DNA from: Bigelowiella natans CCMP2755
Taxonomy: Eukaryota; Protista; Cercozoa
NCBI GenBank assembly: GCA_000320545.1
Contig: ADNK01000007.1
Span: 71,527 to 135,526 of the forward strand
Reading direction: 5' to 3'
DNA length: 64,000 nt
Within the stretch, counting starts at the first letter, position 1, and each line of letters begins with the position of its first letter. The notes beneath the pieces are model-generated. The model did not search any database and was not told where the DNA came from. It was given only the letters and a program-made list of their open reading frames with translations. Shown here piece by piece: positions 13,570-26,463 of this stretch. The position numbers and the translations under genes were made by a program.

Positions 13570-14705
13570 TTAAGTCGCTCGTGAGAAATAGCTACCACTA
13601 CTGACTTCGCGCGTACATTAAACAGCAATTACTATCAATCCATCTGAAGAGTTACCTTCTATTGCGCTCTTCAGAATCTAAAAATGCGTCAATCTTGAGG
13701 TATTTCGCGCGGCGTAGCGCCAAAAAGATTTTCCTCGTAATGATTCTAGGATTTACAGTGCTAGACTGCATAACGACACGCATGCAGTCACAATGTGATG
13801 TTGCCACACCATATTCTATCCTCTCTATGGCCTGGCTGCAGATATAGATTTATCGAGCGCAAGACTTGGGCATTGCGCTGCTTAGCTGCGTTATGCATTG
13901 CTTGTATGTTGCAACATCACATCATGCAAATTCTGACTGCATGCGTGTTAGATTTATCGAGCGAAAGACTTCATAACAGTGCGCTGCTTAGCTGCGTTAT
14001 GCATTGTTTGTGTCCAACTATGGACACAGTACATGTAATATATACAATATATATGACATATACGCATGTCTATATAATACATGTAATATGTATAATATAT
14101 ACGTATGTCTATTGTTCCAGCCTTCTACAGTGAATATCAAAACACGCCCCATGCTAGGTAGCTAGCTAGCATGTAAACATCCTTGCATGCATGCTGTCTA
14201 GCTGTGTGCGACCATGAACAGCACTTGCTAGCTTGCCCGATACCATTAAAGCATGTTCTGGAATTATTTCAGATAGCGAAGCACACTCGCCCCTTGACTA
14301 GCGAGTACGTACGTTCACACCCACGCAACCTTCGGTGAATATGAATGAACAGCCATTTAATATGTTCACAACTTTTTATTTAGGCCTACGATAGCCTTCG
14401 TCTTACGTCATAAATCTACTACCTAAAGCTGCATAGTTACAGATTAGTTTATAAACGAGCAACAGACACAATGTACGTAGGTCGTTGCCACTGTTATTTA
14501 TCTTCTAGTTGGAGCAACTTCACGTTTTCCTCCGTGAGCCACTTGCCCCTCTTTTCGTCATCGCGGACATTCTGTATTCATTCACCAGCAAAACATACGA
14601 GAAGTGCGGGAAAGTAATTAGTATCATCACCTGCTTTTCACCGGAGGGATATAGATTGATTCGTGAACGAGCGACAGATTGTATTCATTTAGGGACATAT
14701 CATTA
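13570..14705. other. Convergent intergenic block, CTAG/TGCA-palindrome rich
   Basis: catgctaggtagctagctagcatg (about 14150-14173), gcatgcatgctgtctagc, ttgctagc. Confidence 0.65.
13845..14011 (+). repeat. Imperfect direct repeat, two copies of about 60 bp, period 104 bp
   Basis: tagatttatcgagcg(c/a)aagactt...tgcgctgcttagctgcgttatgcattg at 13845 and 13949. Confidence 0.85.
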
Positions 14706-16732
14706 TCACTCAACACCAATCACCCTCCTCCCTCTCTCGGCTAGCCTCTCTCCCAACACCACACCACTTCTGACAAGGATAACCTTGATATCTCCATTCG
14801 CCTCAAGCTCGAAATCCAATATCATAGGGTCATATTGGTAGCTCTTTCCGGAGGGAGGGTCCATACCGAGTATTCGGCTCTCATAGGGGGCGGAGTGGAA
14901 GAAGTACTCGAGCTCATACAACGCGTTCTTATTGTAGATCACCGCAGGATCCGTCTTGAAATTGTGGAATGCGATTGGGTAGTTCGAGCAGCAATTCTGC
15001 TTCACCTAGTATGAAGTATAATATTAACAAAAAGAAGAAATGTTAGAATCTCATGAGGTTACGATAGTCGTTGCTGAAACTAAATTCCTCGTATCTAGTG
15101 CGTGCTGAAAACCATCAATGTAATACGCCTAGATTTTGTCGTAACTCAAGCGAGGGAGAAGACGTGATGAGCCAGTGCAGCAGCAACGAGGAAAGTACAG
15201 CAGCAATGGGGTAGAGAGGGAGGGGAGGGGAGGGTGTAGAACGACCTGTTTCTGGCCTATAGCACCCTTATAATGCCAGAACCAGTCATGCGGGTCGCTT
15301 TTATACTCTATGTTGAATAGATGATCTCGCGGCCGGAAAGGCAAGAAGCGTTGGCGGCCGTTTCTATCGAGAGAGTCGGTGGGAACTATGTTTAGGTCAC
15401 GCAAGCAGCCTCCCGTCTGAGGGTCCTCTCCTGCACCCGCCCGATCGGCGCATTGCGTACCACCGCACTTGTAGCACACCTTGGGAATGTTTTGGAGCCG
15501 GATCGATAGCCTCCTCACGGCCTCACGGGAGAGCACGTAGCATGTTCCCGAGTTATAAATGAGATTCTGACGCCAGCGGTGGAAGAGTGTGTGACCTACG
15601 TACCTGCGAGCGGTAGCAATAAAAGTAGTAGTAGTAGTAGTAGTAGTAGTAGCAGTAGCATGAATGGAAAAGTTAGAGGGAACCGACAAGTGGGGCAAAT
15701 GGGAGGAGGAGGAGGAGGAGGAGAAGGCGATGGAGTTGTGGAGGAAGAGGAGAATAATAATACAAGCACACCACGTTTGAAAGTAGCAGGATACATAAAA
15801 GAGTACAAAAGCATCTCGCACGTACAAACTAGATACAGTTGCAAATCAATTACCATGGCTGGTCTGGGTCAAGGTAGGAGCCGAAGACACGCATGTTCTC
15901 AGCGATGAAGAACGAGTCGAAATCCACCTTGGCAATGTAGTCAAATTTGTCTAAATACTCCTCTCCAGCCAATTTCCACGCACGCCACATCTTCTCCCAA
16001 ATGTTCCTCGACTTAGGGTCGTCGTCGCGCGTCATAGGGACTCCCATTATTAACTCGCCAGTGCGCATGCGCTCTGGAAGCCACGGCAGATCGCTCGCTG
16101 GGTGCTCGGCTAGCGCGTTTGCAGACACGACGAAACGCAACACTTCTACGTGACTTCCCCACGTTTTCAGAATTGCGTGATACTGCTCCTCGACGCGGGG
16201 GTTATGCTTGGGAGGCCAACTAATTGGTACCATGGCCATTAGTCGTGGTTTCCATTTAGACGGGTGAAACTTGGTGGTGATGGTGGAGCTGCTGCTGCTG
16301 CTGACCCCCCCATCATCACTGCTGGGAAGATTATCGTGATGGTGCTTTGGCGGGGAGACTGAAATAATATTTTCTTCAACCGCTGCTGGTTTGTTTTGTC
16401 CCTTGTCGTACTGCTTTCCCTGCTGCTGATATTGGTCCTTGGAGAGTTCAGAATCAGAAATTGGGACTAATCCCGGAATCTGCAATTTATCAAACGAACG
16501 CAATCAGTTAAAAATCAGTGAAATAAAGGCCCATAAATTAGAAAATTCACATTTACAACACGAAATACAGCAAGGCTTCATTAGTAGGCAACGGGACCAT
16601 ATGCGATGATGCGTAGTAGTGGCCAGAATCGGCTCCCAGGCGCTCATGTGCCCAGAAATTGAAGCAGAGGTAAACGACTGCTATTGCACAAAGAAGAGCA
16701 CACGAAGTGTCTACATCCCGAGAGTTCATCAT
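14706..16732 (-). CDS. GT31 glycosyltransferase, C1GALT1 (core-1 beta-1,3-galactosyltransferase)-like type II membrane protein
   Basis: N-terminal anchor (ALLCAIAVVYLCFNFW), AILKTWG, NIWEKMWRAW, FDYIAKVDFDSFFIAENMRVF..LDPDQPW|YVGH, YNSGTCYVLSREAVRR, EDPQTGGCL, DSLDRNGRQRFLPFRP, CCSNYPIAFH. Four exons. Confidence 0.85.
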
Positions 16733-16870
16733 CGCCCAGCTAAAAGATAGTGAAGAAGAACAGAAGGAGGAGGCGCGCTGCCTCAGCTCCCCTCATAGCC
16801 CGTGGCGAACACCTGAATGATCTTCGTCGGTCGTCAACATGATTTTTACTGATCGCCTATATTTCCGGAG

Positions 16871-16897
16871 TGCGACAAGGACTCCAGCTTTGTCGCA
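16871..16897. promoter_or_regulatory. Inverted pair of candidate promoter motif TGCGACAA-N11-TTGTCGCA in a divergent promoter
   Basis: Perfect 8-bp inverted repeat. The same heptamer recurs in five other head-to-head regions (26292, 39667, 49203, 55240, 55526, 60701). Confidence 0.45.
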
Positions 16898-17422
16898 ATA
16901 GCAGGACACATTTCAGAGAAAGAAGAATTCGAGTGTCTCCAACATTTGCCTTACGACATAGCGTTGCAGTTGTCGTTATGATAGAAGTCAAATGCGTCTT
17001 GCTGATAAATTAACGAAAAAGAAACTGTCGGTCGGTCTTACACCAGTCAGCAGTAGCTGTTGCTCATCGAACTTCAAATTTAGCAACGGGTGGGGGCGGA
17101 AGAAGAGGCATTACAGAATACCGGACGGTTCTAATGGATTTTGCACATTCCCTCCGGGTAGAGACGAGTCTAAACTCCATAAAAATTCAACCCTGCTTGT
17201 GTGTGCTACGAAATTCGGCGAGTTGATCGTGGGGGACTTCCTTCCATCGGAACAATTATAGACCCGAACCGTTGCAAGCACGAAGGGATGTCTCCCCTTT
17301 GGTTCGGAGAGGGGATCAGAGGCCAAAGATCTCAGCATCCTTTCTTTTTTTTGAAATCAAACAAATTTTGCCTTCGGAAAACATAAATTCAATGTCGACG
17401 CTGCATATAATTTATTGTCACG

Positions 17423-18835
17423 ATGATGTCGGCGAAGTTGAGATGTGAATTTACACAGACTGATGTATCGCCGAAGAAACAGAAGTCACCAAAGAGCCCT
17501 AAAAGCCCTCAGAGTCCTAAGTTTGCGGAGCTTAAGATTTTCAAAGATGAAGCCAAGCGGCATGCACGAGCCAAAGATAAACGATTTATCGTTAGCTTGT
17601 ATAGGGTATTCTGAGCTAGATGCCATTATCACTTCTTGATACTATCCATCACCACATTACAAAATCGATGGTTGCTTTTCAAAAGTGGACAAATTTCATT
17701 GCCACTAATAACTCTTTCAACACTTTTCTGGAACCTGCTGCGCTGACCAGGTGCCACACGGAGAGCAGATGAGGCCCAAGCGGCATTTGGCATTCAGCCA
17801 TGAGATCGTAAGCCCAAAGAATGGCACGAGCAAGAAAATTGACTACAAGCTCCAAGGAAATCCTGAGTAATGCCATGTGCCAAGATACAAAATTTCTCCT
17901 TCACCGGATATCGTGAAAATAAGAGATCCGAACATCCTCAACGAGGCATGTGCAGAATGATTATAATGTCACATTTGATGTTGTTAGGTTTTATAGCAAA
18001 GAGTCTATGGAGAAGAGGAAGAACCTGTTTAAGAGTAAGCTGATTTTCGGCCAGGTGGAAGAAGGAACGACAAATTACAAAAGCAACGATGTGAAAGTGT
18101 CGTTATGTTTTTTTGTAGCATTCGAAATTCTACCGAGTTTGGTTGAATTTTTTGTCTTCTCAATACTTGTTACTTTATGATTCTGTTCTCCGGTGGTAAT
18201 TATAGTTTCTCTCCAAATCCTTACGCTAACTATGACACATAAAGATTCTGAGCTTCTGGAAAACGCATAAGATGAAGAGAAATAGCTTGCTTCCGAAGAA
18301 GAGTTACTTGCGTGGTCACATGCTAATGGCAAAGGTAAGGGAAATTGTATTTAGCTATAAATATACCAGTAAGAAAGATGTGTGACATAATTGAGACGAC
18401 GCTTGGACAATAATTACAAAGGCGTTGGATTCCAACTTCTCCAATTCAAAAGCGCTCATCACTGCTATGCATGACTGGAGGTCTTCCCCGAATATTGTGA
18501 AATAAATTTAATATCTTCTGTTGTAGTTCATACACCGACATATTCCTCTAGTCCTTTTGTCATTGCTTATCCTGTCCTCGCTCCCCTCGCTACAGACATG
18601 ACTGTAGATGCAAAGAGATTGTTTCGAAACACCCTTTCGACAAAAGGAACCTAAAGAAGCTCGTCAAGTAAGACCAGTGGCACACCTGCTACTTAAAGCT
18701 TTTATTCACATCGTTTGTTCGCTATTCTCCCGTCCCGTTTCTTGACAGAACTGACCCTCTCCTGGAAAAGCAACTTAAGATTCAGATTCGAGAGGTTGGA
18801 TTTCCACACGGATACTGTTGCTTGTCCTTACTAAT

Positions 18836-18879
<44 letters not shown>

Positions 18880-20172
18880 ACTCTCACTCTGTGCGCGGGC
18901 GTGCGCTTGTGTGTGTGTGTGTGTGTGTGTGGTTGTTGTTTGTTCCTTACTGCCATGGCGCACATCTTTAGAGGGATTCGGAAAAGGATATGAGCAAGTC
19001 GAATCTCAAGGACACCCAGCAGCTTTCGAAAGGCGGCGTCAGGAAATCATCCTTTACCGAACCAAGTAAGCTACATCAACACGTCCTTCCCCCCACCAAT
19101 GTGTCTCCTCTTCCTCTATTTTTATTAAACGGTTCATTATAAGGGAAGGATATTGAGCCAGAGGGGCTTAACCTGTGGCAGTTTCGAAGATCAATGTTCG
19201 AGCTGGCCGATAAGTGGACGGGTTAGTACCCCCTATTTTTTTTTTCCCGCTCTGTTTGTATCGTTTTAAAGCCCAACCTTCCACGAGACGACATATTTTC
19301 TGATGACACCTCCTTCCAGCAAATTATGATTCTAAATGCTCTATCTTTCTTAAATATTTTCCCAAAATTTCTACGGCAATGCCGTGGTGTTTTACCCGCC
19401 CAGATTCTCTTGATGTTAATATATATGTCCGTCTTCCTCAATATCGTCAGAATCGATCGATGAGCTGGTCTACGCGAGGTTCCTCTTCCGTCTCCATGCA
19501 CGCATTACGGTTTAAGTCCACCACGACACCATTCATCATCAATGTTAATGCAATAGCCAATATAATTATCATCCTGCTTGCACGAAACAAATGTACCTGC
19601 AGCAGCAGCAGCAGTAGCAATGGTAAGGAAAATGTTAATATTGTTCCGTTGAGCTCATCGATGATTGCGTGTCGTTTTTGTTAGGTCACGCTAGCAGCTG
19701 GACCGCAGAAGAGGACTTGGATGTCTTTGACTGAGGTTCATTTCTCATGAGCGATGTGTAATATTATCTTGTCAAGTGATGTAACTCACTTCGTAGGTGT
19801 CTCCTCTATCAAGGAAAGAAATTATCGAGCCGCTGAAGAAAGTGATAAATAGATTGATGGATAGATAGATAGATATAGTAGTAGCAGCATCAGAAGAAGA
19901 GGAAGATGATGAAGATAATCTCTCATTCTCGATAATTAATACACCTGTACCTCAATCGTGCAGTGTGCGTGCGTGCGTGTATGTATGTATGTAATTTGCC
20001 CTTAATTATTATAATCACGTGCACAGGTGGAAGAGGATTTGATCTACAAACATGGAAAGAAAGCGGAAGCAACCTGCAGGAGCAGTAGCAGAAGTCGCAG
20101 TAGGCGACGTAGCAAGAAAAGACCGAATACTGCATACAGTGTGTTCTAACACTTGCACGCACGCGCACACTA

Positions 20173-20223
<51 letters not shown>

Positions 20224-20233
20224 TGCCTTTGCC

Positions 20234-20266
<33 letters not shown>

Positions 20267-21925
20267 ATGCATACATCGATAACAATACCTATTACTCTTA
20301 TTCATACGAAGCTTGTGGACACATTGCAGAAAGGAAGAAAATCGTTGTGCGTTCAAGGTCGGTTCCAAACAAAGGGAACTGTAGCAGCATCTCCAAGCTG
20401 AAGAGCATCTTTCAAGAGCTAGAGAAATCGGACAACATGGTTCCACTTGCTTTTCTGCCGAAATCTGTAGTTCGTTGACCGGTGTCAAAACTCTGAATTA
20501 TTAATGCTCCCGTGGTTTCTCTCCGGACTATCTTTACCCCTCCCTCCTTCTCATTAGAAACTGACAGAGGCAAAAAAGATGATGGTTCTGGACATTGTCA
20601 GAGATATCTCTGAGAACGACGATGTAGATGCTATTTTGGACCCGGTAGTATATATGTATACATGTATGTATGTATGTATGTATAAGGTATGTGTGTGTGT
20701 GTGTGTGTATGTGTATTTGTGTTTGTGTTTGTGTAGGAGGGAGAGAAGGAGAGGGAACTAGATAGGGGAAAATATAGATGATGAGGATGTATTCTTCTTC
20801 AGTTTACAAAGGAGCAAGCGCTTCACGTTGTCTCTAGGATGGGTTTTGTGGAGGTATTATGTTCTATCTGATGAGCTTGGGATGACTGATTCTTCTAAAG
20901 TAGCATTCCTTTCCGGAATGGCTTGTCGCTGTCTTGCGTTTATTCTCAGGCTGTGGAATTGTTGCTGAGGAAGAATGCTAAGGTCGCATACGGCTTGCTC
21001 TTACTAAGCAAAAGATGTCCTTTGAGGGAGGACAATGCGAACTAGACAGCTCAAATAATAGAACTTACACAACAATATGTATGTATGTATGTATGTATGT
21101 ATATTTAATGTAGGATTGCTTTTCTAAATGACGAGATGAAACTTTATTACGATGGTGGTGTTGATGGGGGTGATGATATATCAGCCTTTGGTGGAGGATG
21201 CCAAGGGCCGGACGCCCTTGTATCACGCAGAGGCAGCATTACAATCGGCAAAACGGGTGATAGTTTCGTGGACTGTGTTCCACCTACCATCAGATCGACC
21301 TTATGTTAACAGAATTGCATATTCAGAGTTATGTAGTTAGCAAACCATGCTGTTGTTGTTGTTGTTTTATGTCTGTGTGTGTATCTGTGTGTGTGTGTGT
21401 GTGTGTTTCAAATCTCGGGTCTCTGTGTTCATCAAAAAGGACGAAGATCACCAACTAGAAGCCCAGTACTACCAAGTAATTCGTCTTCTGGAGCACGCTG
21501 CGGAGAAGCGTGATGTACGACAACTAAAAAAGATCGAGAGGAGAGATAGCTCCCTGCGTTCCTAGTGCAGCCATCTGCACGAACGCATCGCGTAGAAGAA
21601 TATACAGCATGCTCTTGTTGACACTTACGGATATGATCACCATTGGGAGAAGGATGATGACGATAGTGATAATAAGTGTTTAATGAGCAGGTACCAACAA
21701 ATTCGTCGTCTATGAATAGTCTGCAAAAGATCTTGGACGCTTCTTCAATTTCCGAGGCGCAAACATCAACTTCCACATCCATGATAAATTCTCTCATCTC
21801 CCGCACTCTGTCCAGCAACACAGACATCGCCCTTAATCCCAGAAACCTGGGTGAGGGAATGATCGGAGTTACCACCATCACCACAAGATTGTGTTTAATA
21901 TTTTGTTGTAAGGAAAAAAAAGAGA

Positions 21926-21967
<42 letters not shown>

Positions 21968-23201
21968 AACAGTGTACTCTCCATAACACAATCTGAACAC
22001 TCTAAAACATATACAACAGGGGGCCCCTTGACTTCATCCTTCGGCGGGGCTCAGACAATTCGCAATCGTCACTCTCGCCCACCGTTAGATCCCTCTTCCT
22101 TCGTATCATCATCATCATCATCATCGTCGTCATCATTAGCATCAACATCAGCAACAACAGCGGCAACTCATCGTATGCACTTCAAACTGCCTACCTCGCT
22201 AAAGGGGAGACGGGTGATAAACACGGAGCGGCGGGCCAAATCTTCTGATCGAATTCTCTATCACACCAACAGCGACATATCAGAAACCGGTGCATTGAAA
22301 GGGGCGGGAAGGATAACCCGGCCTCACGTATTCACAAGGAAGCATCGAGGTGTTGCATGCGTCGCATAGGGTGGAAGTCGGATGGTCTTCACTCTTCTTG
22401 TTTTGCGTGTGCGTAGAGCGCGTGTGTGTCCATCCGTTTTTCCTCTTCAGTTGTCTCCCTCTCTCTCTCTCTGAATGCACACGGACACGTATGAATATGT
22501 TGTGTGTGTGTGTAAGTGTGCAGAAGAGAGGCATAGAGGGAAAGTGGGTGGAAGATGTGCGAGTGTTCGTGAATTTTTGAGTTTCGCTAGTCCTTCTCTG
22601 TTCTTTATCCTCATTTGTGCAATCATTGTTGTCATCCTTCCTCTCCTCACGCTTTGTTTTGTGCAAATACTTGGATACTAAACCTAGGTCAATCTGATGG
22701 AACGTACTTTGGTGGGATGATGGTTCAACGCCTAAAAAGCAATGATTCCTTGCTGCAACAACAGCCACGAAATGCTGCTTCTGTCGATCCGCCAAAGAGA
22801 AGGGGGAGGTCAAGAGGTGCGCCTCCTTTAAGATCAAAGCTGAGGCCGAGGTAAGATAGTGCTCGCTCAATGGTTACGATGACCGCATTAACCATTAATG
22901 GGTTTATGTGAAACTTCATCATTTTCTCTTGATTAATTCCTTGTCCGTTCGCACGCGTATATTTTTGTGCCATGTATGTGTGTGTTCACATTGGCTTCAT
23001 GTCAGTTTCTCGGTGCCTCCTCGATGCAAAAGTAGAGCTCTACCCAAGAGCGATTCTTCCGTGCGCGCTTCCTATATTAAAAGTATTACAAGCAAGCACG
23101 TTCCCTCTGCGCCACCAGCATTAGCCAAGAGCTCTTGGTCAACTCCATCGAGGAATCTCTCGTTGTCAATCAGCAACAAGAGTTGGACAAACACAGACTA
23201 G
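17423..23201 (+). CDS. Multi-exon protein with a short ankyrin-repeat region and Ser/Arg-rich disordered flanks
   Basis: Exons FTKEQALHVVSRMGFVE|AVELLLRKNAK|PLVEDAKGRTPLYHAE...YYQVIRLLE match the ankyrin consensus. SPK repeats lie at the N-terminus and the last exon ends WTNTD* at 23201. Internal exon phases are only partly resolved. Confidence 0.65.
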
Positions 23202-24106
23202 GAGTGTGCCAATAGAGAAATAAGCTGAACGACATTTCAAGTAGGCGAGAACAAGCGAGAGCTGGGAATGGTGGAGTAATGCCAAAATGCTTAGCTCTTA
23301 AAATGGTTTTAGTGCATTTCATCAAAGCTCTGCATTGCAGAGAATGATTTAATGAAGGACAATCTTAAGCGACTCGAGCAAGGCCTAAGCATCCTGCCCA
23401 TTGTCTAGATTGCTGCGCTCGGTTTGCACCTAAAACAATACATCACGCGCGACTATTGCAAAGCCTTTTATTATTATTCTCATTATAATTATTGCGCACA
23501 CGCACATCATATATGGAAAATAGGATACCTGAAATGCAGCAGTTACACAGCTAGCTAGTTAGGGTGTGGCATAGCCTGTTTGTCATAGTCATAGCGGCTT
23601 GATAGCAGTAAGTTATAGCTGTTTTTCCTTCCACACGTCACCAATGTATTATAATGCCATCTCTAGATGTATAAGTCTAGATGTGCATCATTACGCTAGT
23701 ATCGTACGACGGACATATCGACCACTAGTTGCTCCATTCACGAAGTTCGCAGCAATTCCAGTTGTCCCCCACATGCAGCACAACGTACGTCACAATAATA
23801 CTGCAAGAAAATACCCTCTCTAATCTTAGCGATCACATAAAATAGAACGGGATATTATACTTTTAGTCGCAGCCAGGCCTATATGTGCAAATATGGCATA
23901 AACGAACTAGTAGGCTAGCAGCAACGATGTCTATATCTCTTGTGCAGGCTGCATAATTCATTCAATCGCACCATGATCTTGATAATTTATTTTAATATAG
24001 AGCGACATGGTGAAGCTTTGCAAATAAACACGTGCACCAAAGATTGGCTTTCACTATCGAAATGGCGAATAGGTCTATGCACCCTGTCCTTTTAATCTAA
24101 AGCTTC
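23202..24106. other. Convergent intergenic block, CTAG/TGCA-palindrome rich
   Basis: agctagctagt (about 23549), tctagatgtataagtctagatgtgcat (about 23662-23688), actagtaggctagc. Confidence 0.6.
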
Positions 24107-25767
24107 TTAGTCCTCTTTACCTTCTGTCTTCTTACCCTTCTTTTTCAGCATCAAGTTGGGAACATATAGAATTACATGGGCTACAGCGATGCACGTGACA
24201 TTTATGAACAGAAAGAGAATCATTGGAACGATCATGCACGCCAATAACACCATAAGTAACAACCCACAGACGCTGGGTGGAATACCCAGTATCGTCCTAA
24301 CTTGCGCATGGTGTGTTCTATCGGTCTTATAAAGCTCGATAATCTCTTTCTCCATCTTGTCATGCAATCGCTTGCTGACTTCTTCTGGCGACTCTTCTTT
24401 TTTCTCATCAAGATTTAAGGGCATTGCCACAACTTCGACGAGTCCTGGTATCCCACCGATCTTTGCGCCCCACGGCCATACCTGGATCATATTACATGAT
24501 TCATATGGTGATGACGCAACGCGAATCATTCCATTTTATGCTAACAACGAAGAACGAGAGTTTTCTAGACCACGCATCAGATAGGTGGAGACAGGCGTGC
24601 TCTAGATTGATAATTGGTGGGGGATGCCCTGTTGATTGGATTTACTTACATCCTCGCATCCGCGCGCGACGAGCGCCACGGCTTTCATCTTGTGCCTCAT
24701 CGCCATCGCGATGCCTCCGTACCGAAATGGGGCGAGCGATGTCACACGTTCTCCCCTCCGCACCTGAGTATGTTCAGGATACTTATTGCAACCACTGATT
24801 AGGAAAAAGTCGTTGTCATCATCGTGGTCGTCATTTCGTTCGCAAGCAGTGTTTATGGTGAAAAGAGCAGTAGTGGAAGCTTTAATACTGACACCATGAG
24901 CGGTCGACTGCATAACGGCTACCTGGCGGTTTATAGTCCCTTCAGGGTAAATTAGAACTCCTCCCCCATTCTGAATATATGTGTCTACATCCTTGCTGAC
25001 TAATGCTTGCTTCTTCTTGTCGATGCGAAAATCGTCATGTGAGGTAGTGTTCCCCAACGGGTCGGAGATCGTGCCTGCTCTGTAAGACAGTATTTGTGTA
25101 TCATGAGAAATCGAAGCAATATACCAAAACAACAATTGAAAATGGAAATATTCAAGCTCATTATGTTCGGCCCCCTTGGCAAGTTGGATTCAATGGTCGA
25201 ACAATTAACTGACAGCTTCGAGGCGACGAGGCGACGAGATAACGACGAAAACGAATGCTATTGATAAGGCTTAGCTTGGATTTGATTTTAGCACCTGCTA
25301 TTGCTTATGGCGAACACGGAAAAATGGCCCATTAGGCGGCACATTTCACCCCATATCGGTATTTTGAAGAGCGACGCCGTCATGAGTGCTCGCATCTCTC
25401 CACAATCGGCCTGCGACAAGAGGGCCATCGCCACCAGGGAATCTATGAAGGAGGCGTGATTCATCATGACAACGGTTGCTGTGCCGGTCGACCCTCCCGC
25501 GGCGAGAATAGCCTCTTTGAGAGTCATCGCTTTCTTACTACCGACTGTAGGCTTATAAACAATCCTCATCCATGGGCACACGCCCAGGACTGTGCGGAAC
25601 AATAGCCCAGCAATGCACCCGCTGAGCCTATAGGCATCAGCCTTTCTTATCAAAGGAATGGTGTGCACGAGACCGCATAGCAGCCGCAGAGTTAGCGTCA
25701 AAACAAGAACCCACGCTGCAAACCTGGACAAAATTGCGTGAGCAGATTTGCCGCGTGTTTGATGCAT
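24107..25767 (-). CDS. PlsC/LPAAT-family acyltransferase (1-acylglycerol-3-phosphate O-acyltransferase-like)
   Basis: NHASFID (NHX4D), LFKIPIWG, LIYPEGTINR and LAPFRYGG motifs, with N- and C-terminal hydrophobic helices and a KKGKKTEGKED tail. Four exons. Confidence 0.88.
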
Positions 25768-26463
25768 GAATGAGGGCAACAAGATTACCACATCTGGCAG
25801 CAAATATCTAGCATCGACGTAGGACGCTTCGTGCCTCTCTCCCTGACTGCCTTGTGAGTCTTCCCCTCGGGAGATGGTTCTTGGGTTATATTCGTATTGG
25901 CAGTGGGCATTGAGGGGGTGTAGTGGGCAGGGGAAATCAGAGCACCTGAGTGAGGTACCAGGAGGGGATCCTCGAGAACCTACCGGTATCTGGAGCAACT
26001 ACTACCATGGGAATACATTGATAACGCAGCTATTCATGGTTGTCGTACATGAGAAAAGCCATATATTTTCAGAAGTCTATCCTGCGACTGCATTTATCAA
26101 AAGCCGCAGGGCAAAAAGGGCATTAGTTCTTATGCATACAACACGATATCTTGTAATCCCGGATACTACCACCTTCTTCTTCCTTTGTTCCCCGCTACCA
26201 AGCCAAGAGGAGCACAGGCATGCATCGAAAAAAAAAACGAGCATCGCTATGCTGCTGCCTCCAAAAACCGTTCCACGGTAATTCTGGCACTTGCGACAAT
26301 GAAATGTTGCTGTCGTACGAAGCTGATTCGTTGCCGTTTTACAACTTGGTAGGTAGTCCTTCCTTGATCGTCAAACTTCCCGTCCCTCTCAGCATACTGA
26401 TCGCAGCGCCGTGGCAGAGGCAATAATTCATCAATAACGCATAGGATCAGCCCAACTAGCACA

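Noticed and set aside
21500-21565. Apparent stop or GA donor splitting the ankyrin gene
   Set aside because: A phase-0 GT donor (gat|gtacga) joins cleanly to the VPTNSS exon at about 21691.
25914-25990. GGGGGTGTAG.. start reminiscent of a tRNA 5' end
   Set aside because: No D-arm, no GTTCRA T-loop and no acceptor-stem complement.
25952-26010. Cluster of restriction-site palindromes (GGTACC, GGATCC, CTCGAG, ACCGGT, CCATGG) resembling a polylinker
   Set aside because: The sites are irregularly spaced with no flanking vector sequence, and GGTACC occurs elsewhere at about chance frequency, including in exons.
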